The notes beneath the pieces were generated by a model. The model was not told where the DNA came from. It saw only the letters and a list, made by a program, of their open reading frames with translations, and searched no databases. DNA of 64,000 bases from Eledone cirrhosa. Its lineage: Eukaryota. The position numbers were made by a program, and so were the translations under genes. The stretch covers positions 365,614,001-365,678,000 of the forward strand of contig OZ024740.1 in the NCBI GenBank assembly GCA_964016885.1. Direction: 5' to 3'. This document shows positions 35,198 to 49,509 of the stretch, one piece after another (the stretch's first letter is position 1; each line of letters starts with the position of its first letter).

Positions 35198-35940
35198 GTC
35201 ATCTTCTTCGCCCACTTATTCCTGAGAGAGTCATGGGGCCTGTTGGTCTTGTCAGAAGCAACCATCTCCACTTGATCCAGCTGGATCCCCAAGCATGACC
35301 AGCTAAACTCATGGATGTTATCAAACCATCTTGCTCGGTAACTACCCCTGTGTCTCCTGCCGGTTGGTTTTACCCAAAAGATCTGTCCAGCAATTCTTTC
35401 CTGAGACATTCTAACCACATGCCCATAGTATCGAAGCTGTGATCTCTCAATTCGAATAAGTAGCAGATCTACCTGGAGTGACTCTATGACCTCCGAGCTA
35501 CACATACGATTGAGTAACATTACTCCAAAGACTCTCCAGAAGAATCCCATTTTGGCCACTTGTATTCGCAATCAGGTTCTTTCAGTCATTTCATGACCAT
35601 AGGCAAGAGTTGGCACGATTTATGAGTTGAAGATAGCAAATTTGGCTTTTACACCTACCTCCCTTCTTTTGATTACCAAATGCTGAAGCTGGCATATTAT
35701 TGCATCAGCTCCTGCAATTCTTGCACTTGATTCAGCCTCTTGCCTTCCTTTACTCATGGACACAGCCCCAAGATACTTGAACTTTTCCACCTGCTTCAGT
35801 GGAACTCCATTTATATGTAGAGTGTCTCAGTTTTCGCAGCACTAATTTTCATTCCAGCCATGCAGCACTGAGCATCAAACTTATCAAGTGCAAGTCGGAG
35901 ATCAACTACTGTCGAGTTAAGTAACACCATGCCATCTGTA
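35198..35940 (-). mobile_element. RTE LINE 3' fragment (intronic)
   Basis: Colinear with 4437-5225; ORF 35098-35571 has IERSQLRYYGHVVRM...GRRHRG. Confidence 0.9.
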
Positions 35941-36517
35941 GTTTCAAAACTTTCTTATTTTTCCCAAAGCATGTTTGTCCTTCCTGAAGGTTTTCTGATG
36001 TCCATTTAACGCTTAGGAAAGAAACAGTAAAGACAAACTTGAAAATATTTGGCCTTACACAAAAGATGACACAGGATCCATATATTTAGAAAAATGGTGT
36101 ATTGCAGACTTAACCGTCTCCTGCCAAGATAGATAAATGACATAAAATTGATGATGTCAATGAAAACAAAGTTGGGAGGACCCTTCAATTGTGTCAAAGA
36201 CACAACAATCTCCCTAGCGTTGATCACATACATGATAAATGCACCCAGTACACTCTGTAAAGTGGTTGGCAATAAGAACATCCAGCCAAAGAAAGCTTGC
36301 CAACAAAGGATCAGGAGGACTTTTCAGCTGTGTCAACGACATAACAGCCTCCCCAGTGCTAGTGTCACAATAAAATGCTCTTGGTAGAGGACGGTAATAT
36401 ATGTAAGTGAGATGCAGGCACTCAGCACATCTGAGAGGTCAGTAGCCCTGTTTGAGACAGATTTGGTCTATGAAGACTCATCCAACCCTTGTTAGCTGGG
36501 AAAACAGATGTTAAATG

Positions 36518-36708
36518 ATAATTGTTTCTACTTTTGGCACAAGGCCAGCAATTATCCCAGTGTATTACTGGTACTTTATTTTATCGACCCTGTAAGGATG
36601 AAAGGCAAAGTTAACCTCGGCGGGATTTGAACTCAGTCCGTAAAGGGACATAACTGTGCTGCAAAGCATGGCGTCCGACCCTCTACCGATACTGCCAATC
36701 CACCACCC
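36518..36708 (-). mobile_element. Full-length SINE family A
   Basis: Head, core and tail present; imperfect flanking duplication gatgtta..tgataat. Confidence 0.85.
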
Positions 36709-39166
36709 TCGATGTTACTGATAATGATGATTAATTCTTGATAATTTTAAGTTAATGTGCTGACTGTGTTAATAACATTTTGAATCATTAACTGGACAAG
36801 CTATTAATTCCATCATTTGTACAAAAACAAAGAACCTAAGCTCACTTCAAAAAGAGAAAAAAAAAAAAACAGAAACAAACTTTCTTTAAAGTATGTATGT
36901 TAAACAAAAACGAAAATAGAAAGTGTCTAAATATTTAATTTTGTTAACAGACGTTCATGTGATCAACTCATGAAAATGTTTTGTATTGCTCATTTACATA
37001 TTTTTAAGGTTAGTTCTGTTATCGGGGCTGTTTATTTTTAGCAAATATTTTTATAACTAGATACTCTTCTCAACACCAATCTCCTATCTATGAAGTAACA
37101 CAAGTCAGGCAAACCAAAGCAGAGAGTAATGCAACAGAGTTGATGTTGATGACAATTGGGTTTCATTAAACCATTACTAAAATTTCTCAAATAGACAAAG
37201 TTAGAAGTGGTATCACGACTGGCTGGTGTAGGATCAGTTGGCTGGAATATGCAGACGGCATGGTATTACTTAAATTGTAAGGTGATCTCCGACATGCACT
37301 TGATAAGTTTGATGCTTAGTGCTGCGAAGACTGAGACACTTGTCCTGTGCAGTGCACTGTAGATGTAGGTGTATTTGAGGACTCTGCCCCAACGACCATC
37401 TCAGGGAGGAGGAGGAGGAGGAGAAAAAGAAGAAACAACTACATAACGCTAATGCCATACATACTGGATAAAGCTATATATGGAATGTTCTCATAAAAAG
37501 GTCTCTATAGATTCAAAATGTCAACAGCTGATTCTGATTTGCATATTTAAAAAATGGGTAATAACATTAATATTTACATAAAACACCTAGTCCATCTTGT
37601 AAGTAGTGGGTGGCAGTGCCAGAGTCCTGATAAAATGCTTCCAATATATGTTGTAAAGTGGCTGGTATTAGGAAAGGCATCCAGCCACAGATACCAAGCT
37701 AACAATGGAGTGTAAGGGCAAGATATGGTCACATGAACAATCTAGCCCCTGGTTTGTGTGTTTGTGTGTGACAACATATCTAACCCATGCAAGCATGGAC
37801 AATGATAATATACAATAGATCTAAGATTTTAGGGAAGAAAATATGAATAGTTGTAAAGATCAATTTACAAAGGAATCAAAATTGACCCGTAAAGGACTCA
37901 CTTCACAGCACTCTGCTTTAACCATTTTGATATTAATCTGCTTAAAACCACCCCAGTTCTATGATACAAAACTGTTCATTAAAAGAATATATACTTATCT
38001 AAAAACATTCCATCATAATTTATATAAGAACCTTTGTTAAATTATGTTGCAAATACCAGCTTAAAAATGAGAAAATTATATTACCAAATCCCTCCAAATT
38101 CATTAGAAATATGGTAACAAAAAAGTTTTTAAAAAGTTCGATACTTTTAATTGATTTCATTCCAAAACAGTTATTAGTTTTTTTTTAAACACCTGAACTA
38201 CGAGACATCATACAAAACAGTGAATAGCTTCAGTATTCTCTCTAAATGATTTCCTTGATATTGTTTAGTCACAGTTATCTTGGCTGACCAGGCCTATAAG
38301 CAAAAAATGTTCAACTATGACCTTCCTGTTTTTTAGGAGTATTTTCAAGAGGTTTGGTTGTTATATCTAGCAAGTCAACTGATCACATAGAGGCTTCTTT
38401 GATGATAATTTATTTGCCCCAAGGACAAAGTAGAATATTACAATATGAAAGAATCAATAACTCCACTTGTTATGTATATTTGAATGTAAGCTGTCAACAA
38501 CCATAAATATCCAATGAAATCAAAAATATAATCAAATCTTTAACATAACAAAACAATGCTTTGAAGTTGCATAAATTTATGCATCAAAATAGAAATAAGA
38601 ATATTTATAAAACTTGGAATTTCCATGGGTCACACTAGTACAAATAAATAGAACAACTCGAATTGGGGTGTGAAAATCATGGATATAAATATAAATCATA
38701 AGAAGCACAAAACAATGCAGGATCTGATAAAATGAGAAATACTAGCACAAGAAATCTAAATTTTACTTTCTAACATTCTAAGATCATAGCTTTATCTATA
38801 ACAGAGGATTATAGATAAAAGCTTAAAGGATTATGTCACACACGATGAGAAAGAAGACATAAAGCACACCTACTACTATACATTTCAATAACGGATTAAC
38901 CGAACTGAACATTTTTATAAAACATCTCTTTCTATCATACAGAAGTAGTGAGAGCTGATCTCAAATCATTGAAGCTCGTAGAGGAGGTATTGAAGGAATA
39001 CGAGTGGAGGGATGGTGTACTGAAAAAGACCCATCCAACCCATGCAAGCATGGAAAAACAGATGTAAAAATGGGTGCTGCTGCTGGTGATTATATACAAA
39101 TATATATAAACCCATGCCAGCATGGAAAGCAGGCATAAAATGATTGCATATATATATATATATGCA

Positions 39167-39787
39167 CACGAGCTTTGTCACAAAAGTAAGGATATTGATT
39201 TTCCTATGTATAACATGGTAACACAGCGCCTTGTTGATGTATATAAGTGCATTGGTTGTGACCCTGGCTGCACGTAGATACCTGTTTCAACATGATCAAT
39301 TGAGTTAGTCATGAGTTATTGCTGTTTATGTACAGACGTGTTTATAACCTGTTACATTGCAATATCGAACAACATTACATGATCAAATTTTGTGTGAAAT
39401 TCAACAAATCTGCCACCAAAACATTTAATTCTTTAATACAAGCTTGGAGATGCTGCTTTATTGAGAAGTAAGGTTTTTATGTGGCACAAACCTTTCAAAG
39501 AGGGCCTAGAGAAAATATTGAAGATGAACCTTGTTCTGGAAGGCCAATCTCATCTACAAATGGACAAAACGTGGAAGTGGTGAGAGCGGTGAAGGCAAAG
39601 GATCGCCAATTAAATGTTAAGATGATTGCAGAAGAAACGGACTTGGATAAAAATGTAGTTCATAGAATTTTAATGGACCAATTGTACATGCAAAAAACTT
39701 GTTTGTAGAACAAAAAGTGAACTGGTTGGAAATTTGTCAGGATTTGCTAGAAAGACTCAAAATTGAGCCAAATTTCTTGGATAAAGG
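39167..39787 (+). mobile_element. Mariner (Tc1/mariner) transposon 5' fragment
   Basis: TIR-like CACGAGCTTTGTCACAAAAGTA after a TA tract; frameshifted transposase N-terminus IKFCVKFNKSATKTF...IEDEPCSGRPISS...DRQLNVKMIAEE...VHRIL; no catalytic domain. Confidence 0.85.
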
Positions 39788-39789
39788 TA

Positions 39790-40720
39790 GGGAAAATAAA
39801 GGAAGACCATTTCTTTCATGTGTAGTCTTTAAGCTGTTTCTGAATTGTCATGTCTCCACTAGAAGATGCTTTTTGAGTACTCTGTTCATGAAAATAGCAC
39901 ATGTATGGTATGAGGGGTCTAGGTTGTATGCAAATGATGCTTGTGTGCCAAAAGTCAAAGAGGAATGAAGGTTGATGTTATCTGCATAGGTTTGTATGGC
40001 TATGGTTAGAAGTAACAGCAAGTTGATCATTAACCTAAGAGTGTTGAAAACAAAATTTTATAAAATTTAAACTGAAGTGGAATCCATCAGCACATCTAAT
40101 GAAGTAGTCAAGCAAGAAACTTCTGACAGGTAATTTAGCTGAGAGATTCACATGCCAGACATAGTCATAGACCTTACTGACAAAAAGAGCAACAATATTG
40201 TTTTCCCAAAGTTCTTAATGGCAAAAGACCAGTGGTTTGTGATAGGAAATCTCCAGCAGAAATTAAAAACCATATTGATAGTCACTGAGAAGAGATAGAG
40301 ACTTAAGGTGATGAAGGCAGTGGTCATTTGTCACTATTTCCATTACCTTTGAGATGTTACAAACAAAAGCAATAGAGTGGTATTTGGCCAAGAAAAGTAG
40401 CCTTTCATTAGGAATGGGACTCACTATCATGTTTCTAAAGATTGGAACAGATGCTTGCATAGAGAGAGAAAATAAATGAAGAATATAGTGAGGATATGAG
40501 CTACAGTTGGAGCATACTGAGGTTAATGTAATCATGCAAATCTGTCTGCTTATTGAGTTGGAATTAGTAGAATGTTCACAATTAGTGAATGTGATAGATA
40601 GATTAAAGCAGGAGAGTTTAAGAGTTATGTCTTGTTGTGTGTGTGGATAAAGTAATTGACCACCTGCTTTAGGGTTAGGAGTTCCAATTAGCTCATATTT
40701 TATTGCAGCTCTAGGCAGAA
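39790..40720 (-). mobile_element. Highly decayed CR1/Jockey-like LINE RT fragment
   Basis: YHSIAFVCNISKVMEIV...LLSDYQYGF (40263-40535) and QTYADNINL (39848-40030) resemble RT motifs. Confidence 0.65.
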
Positions 40721-41829
40721 AACATTCTATATGGCCTCATCTGCCCTAGCTATTGGGAAGAAGTACCAGATAAATTTGAGAATAACCAACCTCTGACTAG
40801 TGTCTACATTGTCATTGAATCAAAATTCTGGTTATAATTATAGGTTGCCTGTAGTGGTTAGAGGTTGGGATGTATGTGTTTGTCTCTTGTCCATTGTTTC
40901 TGTTCTGTTAACTCTCCATCTGTTGTCCCTACTGCTTCTCCAATACCCCCTCATCTCTCTATTACTCACTCCCTCTATTTGCTGTACAAGGAATGGAATC
41001 TGCCCATATTCAATCACTCCTACTACCATCCTCATAACTTTACCTGTTTCTCAAATTACAATGTCTATGTAATGAGGGATTACATAAAATCTGTTCATAT
41101 CCAATACATCTCATCATCACTCTTCTGTACTGTTAGTCATCACTCCAACTCTCCCAGGTTGATATTAACATCCCTCAATCTTTCTTACTATCACCCATCT
41201 CTATTACTCTTCCATCATTGTCTCTTACTAAAAAAAAACATGCAGGTGCCATCACTGTTTTTCTTCTATTACAGCAGTTGGTGGTAGGAAGGTCATCTAG
41301 CTGTAGAAACAATGATAAACACACCATGTACACTCTGTAAAGCAATTGATGATAGGAACAAGATCCAACCACAGAAAACCTGGGTTGAGAAGACTCTTCA
41401 GCTATGCCAAAGACATGTAAACTTCCCCTGTGATGGTGTCATGATAAAATGTACTCAGTAGAACATGGGATCAAAGAGGGCACTGCAGTGCAAGCCCAGG
41501 TAAATTGAACAAGTTAAGTGGTAGTAGTAAATATTCTAATTGTACACCTTGAAGACCTGCTGCAGATTGTGGGTATAAACCAACTCAGAGGCTCTGCTTG
41601 AGCACTGAACTGTCTGTGATGACATGTCCAACCCTTGCTAACAAGGAAAACGAACATTAAATGATGATGCTACCCCTTCCATGACTGTCTCTTCTTTACC
41701 ACACTATCACCCCAATTACTGCTTCTCTCTCCATACATTTGCTACTTTCACCCTCTCACTCTAGATCATTTTCTGTCATTGCTCTCACTTTTATTCACCC
41801 TCATAGTTATGTTGCCTTGAATAAACAGA

Positions 41830-42010
41830 GATAATTGTTTCTACTTTTAACACAAGGCCAGCAATTACCCAGTACATTACTGGTACTTTATTTTATCAAC
41901 CCCGTAAGGATGAAAGGCAAAGTTAACCTCGGCGGGATTTGAACTCAGACCGTAAAGGGACGTAACTATGCTAGAAAGCATAGCGTCCAACCCTCTACCG
42001 ATACTGCCAG
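41830..42010 (-). mobile_element. SINE family A copy
   Basis: Core and tail match the other copies. Confidence 0.85.
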
Positions 42011-45000
42011 AGTAGTCATTACTCCTTAGTCTTGCAATGTACAAGGCAACCTCACTGGTTCTGGTGTCATGATAAAATGTACCCAATATACAATGTACTG
42101 TGGTTGATGTTAGGGAAGGCATCCAACAGTAAAAACCTTGCTCAAAATATGACATGAATGAGACATATAAGAGAGTAGTAACTTCAAATAAGAACTGATT
42201 TAAACCATGTCAATCCATCCAATTCATGCCAGTATGGAATGCAGGTGTGTCTATGTCAAATAAAACCACTGGCAATCAGGAAAAAGTCAACCTATCAATA
42301 TATATATATAATTTCAACTTCCACACGGTGCTCATTGATCTTTTCATTCGTTTGTACCCATATGTGTGCGTGTATGAAGAGAGGAGGGTGATCAATTATT
42401 GGGTTTTATATATATATTAGTGGGATATTTTAAATCGAAAAAATACAAGAGATTCAAACAAAAATAACCATTATTTATGAAGGTTTTATCAATGGCCAAA
42501 TATCTTTCTCAATGTCCTTATACATTCAGAAGTATTATAGCTAAACATACCAGCTACATGCACACATACACACGTGAACGTGCTCCTTCTGGCTGACCAA
42601 AACAACTAGAGGTTTAGAAAACTTCATTTGTGAATATTCCAAACTGAAAGAAGAAAAGGAGTGCCCTTACTCATCGAACATAATTAGGACTTTACTGATT
42701 AGAGGTGTCGCGCATGCGTCAAACAACAAAACATTCACACCTGTATCCAAACAAAGATTTGATACCACTGAGTGTGCGTCTGTATATTCACACTCGCACA
42801 TATACACCAGTCATTGAAATATAACGCATTATAAGTGTTAATTTAATGGTGTGGTTGTATGGGAAAAAATATAAATAGAATAGACACTCGTGAAAATACA
42901 TGAGAGGGCGATTCTGAGAAAATTATATACTAATACACTATATATATATATATTACACATATAAGGAGAGAAAGAGAGGACATAAACACATACATCAGAG
43001 AGCTAAGGGGTTCCACATTAAACCTCCTTAAGAAGAAATTTAATGTAAAATCACTTCAATGTAGAGTGATGATGCTAACATGAGTCTGAAAGTAGGCAAA
43101 CAAGCAGACACATAGAACCACAAGTTCTGATTGTAAGGTGGGTGGGAGAGCAGTAGAGTATAAACATAACAATTTAATCATATCTGGATTGACGTACATA
43201 GATATTAAGACCAATGTTTACGATATATGAAGGCAGTAAATATTTCTAAGAATGGCAAAACAACAGTTGTTGTGGCAGCGGCGATGATGATGGCAAAAAT
43301 CGGAAGACGAAGAAAAAGGAGATGAAAAAACAAAATAAAAGACAGGGTTAATGACAACGCCAATGCTTCGAGAGAGGAAGAAGAAAAGAAGTTAAAGTAC
43401 AGAGAAACAAAGAGGTTGGCAGCCGCCCGCCAACATCTGTATGCTGGGGGGCAGGAGCAGCACCAGGCCTCTTTTCCTTGTCACCTTAATTCCGCGCTTT
43501 CAAACAAACTCTCCTTCTACAGCTTGCTGGCTTCACTTCTACAAACAATAACATTGAACAGAAGAAGAAAGAAAATACACGAAGAAAAAGAGAAATAGAC
43601 AGACTGAATAAACATATACTACTGGGAGATGAGATTCAGTAGATCGAACATTACTAAGAGAAGGAATAAATGATACACAAGTCTATGAAAATTGGAGAGA
43701 AATAAAATTTCCTTTTTCTAGTGGAGATAAATATATTTCATATTTTTTGAAGTTATCCATAGATGTTTTTTATACAAAGAAAATATGTCCGTGTGCTGTA
43801 TACTTGGCATATTGTGAATACGTACATGTATAACATTGACAAAACAATCAATTTTCACTAGATTCTCTCGTTAGTCACATTCAAGATTCACGATATATAT
43901 TTTTGATTCTGATTCTATATTTTTGAATAAAAAGTTTAAGTGTGTGTTTCAATGCGTATGAGTCTGTAAATCCGTGTGTACATAAAAAAGATAGCTAGCG
44001 ACAGAAAACAAATTTATTTTATTTTTTTGCCTAACCATAAAATGTTAGAAGCAAAAAACCCACTGAAAGAATAATAGTCTTAACATAACATTTGAGATTT
44101 TAATGTAACTAGAATTTAAGGAAAATATTCTAGTCAATATATATGTGTGTGTGTGTATATATATATATAAAACGGGAACGAAATGAATTTTATCGTCCAT
44201 AACGCTCCGTTTCCCAACACGCAGATATCCTTATCACATATTACATGTACGTAATTCCATGCAGGCTGAGGGTAGATATAGCTTCTAATTCTACCTAAGT
44301 TGCTGCGTTTTTGTTCTATATAACTATTTGTAGATGATCGATTGATTTTTATTTTTCTATTATTCAATTATTGAATAAGGAATTCAATCATATATCTGCC
44401 ATGAAACCGCAAATATGATGATGTGTTTATGTGAAGATTTATATGAACTAACTCGGAGAAAAGCCATTGGTGAAAATGTCAGTAAAAATTGCTTGCGACC
44501 ACGTTGAATACATTAAGCGCCAGAACAAGAGCCATTTTGTTAATATAATATATCTTTATAAAGTAAGCATCTTATTACATCTGATAAAATTAACAACAGA
44601 AAACATTAAAATGTGAAAATTGTTCCGAAATTAATGTAACATCATTCGAAATTTGAAGAGAAAAAATAACTTACCGCATTAGACGGAATATAGTCTTCCC
44701 TCGGTTAGAAATATGGGAGATAACTCCAATGGCTTTGACGAGCTACAGTGACTGCACAGTTAGCTTTTCTTTGTGTTAGAACGTTTATGTTTTGTTTTGT
44801 ATTTACTTTTTTTTATCGGGTTGCTGTTTTTGACAATGTTTAACGGCGATTTCAATCTACAAATTGACGTTTAAAAGAGGAAAATAATATCAACTAAATG
44901 ATAAATGTAAGCTTGAAACAAACAAATAAAATAACACAAATCCGGCTTGAAAGCTATTGAAATAGTAAACTCTTGAATTGGAGAAACATTTACGATTACA

Positions 45001-45274
45001 ATTTTATGTATTTATATTTATTCTATTAAATATCGTTTAGAGGTTTCGATGTAAATAATATTTAATTGCTGATATATCTTATAATATTCTATGAGATGAT
45101 AAAAAAAAAACGAAATAAACAAATCAATTCTATATTTTTAATGGAATTTCGGCAAAACTGAATTTTTTGCTTAATGATAAATGCTTTTTAAAAAAAATCA
45201 ACAATTTCAGAACACAGATCACCCAACATTATAAATTTCAAGCAATTAAGCAAAATATCAATTGGAGTTAATAT

Positions 45275-45322
45275 CTGTTGTATGTTTTAAAACCAGCACA
45301 CTGGTTTTAAAACATACAACAG
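45275..45322. repeat. Perfect 22-bp inverted repeat with 4-nt loop
   Basis: ctgttgtatgttttaaaaccag-caca-ctggttttaaaacatacaacag. Confidence 0.95.
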
Positions 45323-46438
45323 GTTAACTATTATATTAATATTTCTGCAATGTGTATGTGGGCACAGTAATGTGTTTGTAAGAATAAGGTAGAACAGTAC
45401 ACTCATAGAACAGTACTCAATAATTCAAAAAGTAGAATGTATATATATTTTTTGAGGTGGCTTGTTTACAAATTTAATTCTGTTTCAATCCTAGGTGATC
45501 ATATTCACAATCAATTGTGGATCAAAGAGACAGCAACATTTTATTATCCATTTATATTTTCATGAAATTTTTGTACACAAAATATTGAAATGTATTTTTA
45601 ACATTTGTATTTACTATTACATGATAAAGACAGAACAAAGTCTAGATTGTTTAATTCCAGAAATAGGTCAATTTAACAATATATAATATTAATTAAATAC
45701 TTTCAACTTGACAAGGGGATTTTTAGAAGTAGCAAAGGTTTTCTTCTTTTCTTTGTTACAAAGCCATAATGGAAAAACTGTAAATCAACTGTTAAAGAGA
45801 ACCTTAAGAAACCAGAATTATATTTTAACCATCCTTGCTGCAACTAAGCAGACTTTACAACACTAGATTATACACAGCCCAAATATTTCAGACCAACAAA
45901 TGAAATTTTAGTTTAATAGTCTTGTAATCTCATGTAGGTTAATTTTGATTGAATTTATATCATTAAAACATTCAATCAAAGATGCCCGTTTTTACCTTAC
46001 ACAAGCATTGCATTAAACAATTATGAGCACTCCGTTGCTAAACAAGTTATGATATAACTTCATTGTGTATCTATATCATCACCATTTAACATCTATTTTC
46101 CATACTTGTATAGGTTAGGCAACTGTCACGTGCTAAGACCTGACCGGTCAAGTGACTTGGTCCTACTATACACACATATATATGCATGCATCATCATTTA
46201 AAGACTGTTTAAATGATGAAGAAAATTATATATATGTATATATATCAAGATATTAGTGTTGCAGTGAGATGTGATGGATCACATATGAACACAAATATTT
46301 CAATAAACATTGTATGAGCTTTATTAACCTATGCTAAATAGACAGTCTTTTTGTACATGCTATTTTCAGCTATAAATTGTTTTGTTAAACAAATATTCTT
46401 TCATAAATTACATATTGTATCTCTGAATTATTCACTTC

Positions 46439-46491
<53 letters not shown>

Positions 46492-47709
46492 GCACACATA
46501 TTTCCTCATTATTTAACGTCCATTTTCTCTGCTAGCAAGGATATATATATATATATGAATTGGCAGAGTCATTATAATGTTGGATAGAATACTTTGCATT
46601 ATTTATTTCAGCTCTCTGTATTCTGCAATCAAATCATACCAAGGTTAATTTTGCATTTCATCCCAAGGTTGATTCAAAAGTACCAGTTCCGTATTGGTGT
46701 TGATTTTTTCTGTATACTTCTTTCTCACTTCCTCTCTCTCTCCTTCCCAGGAAGAAATCAGAATGTGACAACCCATGCAGGCATGGAAAATAGCAGTAAA
46801 ACAGTGATGGTGATGATATATATATATATAGCTCACTTTCATTTTGAATTTTCCTGGGCCAATAATCTCAACTCATTTTGTATATATCAAAATATATATC
46901 TCTTCACAAGCAAGAAAGATAATTACGCCTACTGAAGTGAAAGCATGTGTCCATTGCAGTACCTTGCTTCCAAAATATGGAATAGATTTTCTTTTTCTTC
47001 TAATATGTTAATTCCTTGAGCATTCAGTCTTGATTTCTTGAAATTCCTGTCTTTTTTATTCAGAATCACTAACAATCATTTTTTTTTCTTCTGTCAACAA
47101 AGGAAATTATAATAAATTTATTCATTATCATATGCTATTTAACACATTAACCATCAACTTTGTTATCCAATTTCATGCCACTGGCCCCTTTAAGTTTATT
47201 TCCTCTTGACTCATTTTCATTATATATATACATGCATACATATATATGTATGCGTGTGTCAGGTTGCTCTTGAGTGCTACTGGTAACATGTAACCCAGCA
47301 CAACCTGTGCATGGTCGGGTTGTTGGCGACTAAACTGGCAACCCTACCTGACAAAGGGTGGAGGAACTCAGGAGTCAACAGCCATCCAATAAAAAATTTT
47401 GGGGGGGAAGCGAGAGGCTTCTAGGTCTTCATTAAGGCATTTCTCTAGGTCACTCTGATACAAAAACCTGCCACTTTTGGGTATATGCATTCGATGTTCA
47501 GAGAGTGAGATTGGCCTTGTGCAAAGTCTTTTCTGACTTAAAAAAGCTTCAAGCACCAGCATCACTTCATATGTGACATTTTTGGTCATATGCAAGTCCC
47601 AAGTAGGACTAAAAAGCCACGTTCGTAATGTTCATACTTAAGTATCAAGCGATGGCATCAAAATCGAGTTGCAGCCATATTATATATATACATTATTATA
47701 TATATATAA

Positions 47710-47740
<31 letters not shown>

Positions 47741-48554
47741 GCATATTACAAGTCAATGCAGGTAATAATAGATATTATTTAATGTCTATTCTTATACAGA
47801 AACTGATGGCTTCAGTTTGAAAAAGTCCATCTTCCCCATACTCATATTTAGAGTGGGTTAGGGATTAGAAAATATGTATGATGTCTTAGTTCTAGTATAG
47901 ATATTTAGTTCATGGCAGGCTTTGTTTTTACAAATGTTTTTTATGAGTTTGGAATCCAATGGTCTTATCCACTAGAAATTTTGTTTGTTGTTGGCTTTGT
48001 TTTCTGAGTATATTATTTATGTATAGGGCATTCAATGATTGCTTTGTGTTTACATTTGGATTTGAAGGTCCTACTTGCTTGTTTGCATATAGTGTATATA
48101 TGTGTATATATGTATATTTAGATATTCAGGGTAGTTATTGATGGTGAGTAGACTGATTGAAGCAATAACAGTCTTATTTACGTATCATCATCATTTCATC
48201 ATTTCATTTTACGTCCGCTTTTCCCTGCTTGCAAGGGTGGGACGGGAACTGATTCTGGCTTGATTTCTACAGCTGGATGCCCTTCCTAACACCAACCTCA
48301 TTTACAGTGAGTGCTGGGTGTTTTTTTGCCGTGGCACCTACACGACCACTTTGCAGTGGAATGATAGGGACCCCAGTCCCTATCATCTCATTTCTACAGC
48401 TGAGTAAACTGGAGCAATGTGAAATAAAGTGCCTTGCTCAAGGAAACAACACATCACCCGGTCTGAGAATTGAACTCACAACCTTTCGATTGCAAGGCCA
48501 ATGCTCTATATACATATTCATTATTTTCAAGACCATGATTCATACACTCAACTG

Positions 48555-49300
48555 GGATGGAAGTGGTATCATGACTGGCATGTGTAGGTTCAGTCAGCTG
48601 GAATTTGCAGATGACATGGTATTACTTAGCTCATTAGAAAGTGATTTCCGGACATGCATTTGATAGGTTTGATGCCGAGTGTTGCATGACTAGAATGAAA
48701 ATCAGTGCTATGAAAACTGATGTGAATCGAGTTCCACTGAAACAGGTGGAAAAGTTCAAGTATCTTGGGACTGTGTTCATGAGTGAAGGAAGTTCAAGTA
48801 TCTTGGGACTGTGTTCATGAGTGAAGGAAGGCAGGAGGCTGAATTAAGTGCAAGAACTGCAGGAGCTGGTGCAATAATGAACCAGCTTCAGAAGGGAGGA
48901 AGGTGTAAAAGCCACCATTTGTTATCTTCAATTCGGAATTTTGGGTTATGACCGAAAGAATATGATCATGAATACAAGGTTCCAAAATGGGGTTCCTCCG
49001 AAGGGATCTTGGAGTAACATTACTCAATAGAGTGCTTAGAATGTGTTGGGCATGTAGTTAAAATATTTCAGGAAAGAATCACTGGATAGATTTTACAGGC
49101 AAAACCAACCGGTAGGAGACCCGTGGGGGGGGGGGGGGGGGAGACCCCGAGCAAGATGGTTGGATAACATCCATGAAATCAGTTAGTCACGCTTGGGGAT
49201 CCAGCCAAATGAATTGGAGATGGTTGCTTCTGACAGGATACGCTGGAAGGAGTGTTTGAGGACTGTCCCCACAACTCTCCCAGGAATAAGTGGGCGAAAA
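48555..49300 (+). mobile_element. RTE LINE 3' fragment with a ~37-bp internal tandem duplication
   Basis: LEFADDMVLL and FKYLG motifs; aagttcaagtatcttgggactgtgttcatgagtgaagg occurs twice (48752-48828); ends with gaataagtgggcgaa. Confidence 0.88.
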
Positions 49301-49417
49301 TACATACGTGCATATATATATATATAGAGAGAGAGATTGTAACTTCCAGTTACTGTAGGTTTACCACAGTGAGCACTCGATGCGTAGTTTCCAGTAAGTA
49401 TATATCATTACCACAAC

Positions 49418-49509
49418 AGAGTTCCGATGAGCTTTTGATTCCAGAGTCCGGCTAGATCGATACAGATTGAACCATGAGCTGATCAATAGCGAAACCTGCG
49501 TCACTACTC
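49418..49509 (+). ncRNA. Type I hammerhead ribozyme motif (U4C variant)
   Basis: gagtt-CCGATGA-GCTtttgat...atcaatAGC-GAAAC-CTGC-GTC^actactc, inside a ~230 bp segment between TA tracts; related segment at 9135-9350. Confidence 0.6.

Noticed and set aside
44258-44308. Possible pre-miRNA hairpin (GGTAGA/TCTACC)
   Set aside because: Stem is short and interrupted, with no recognisable mature miRNA.
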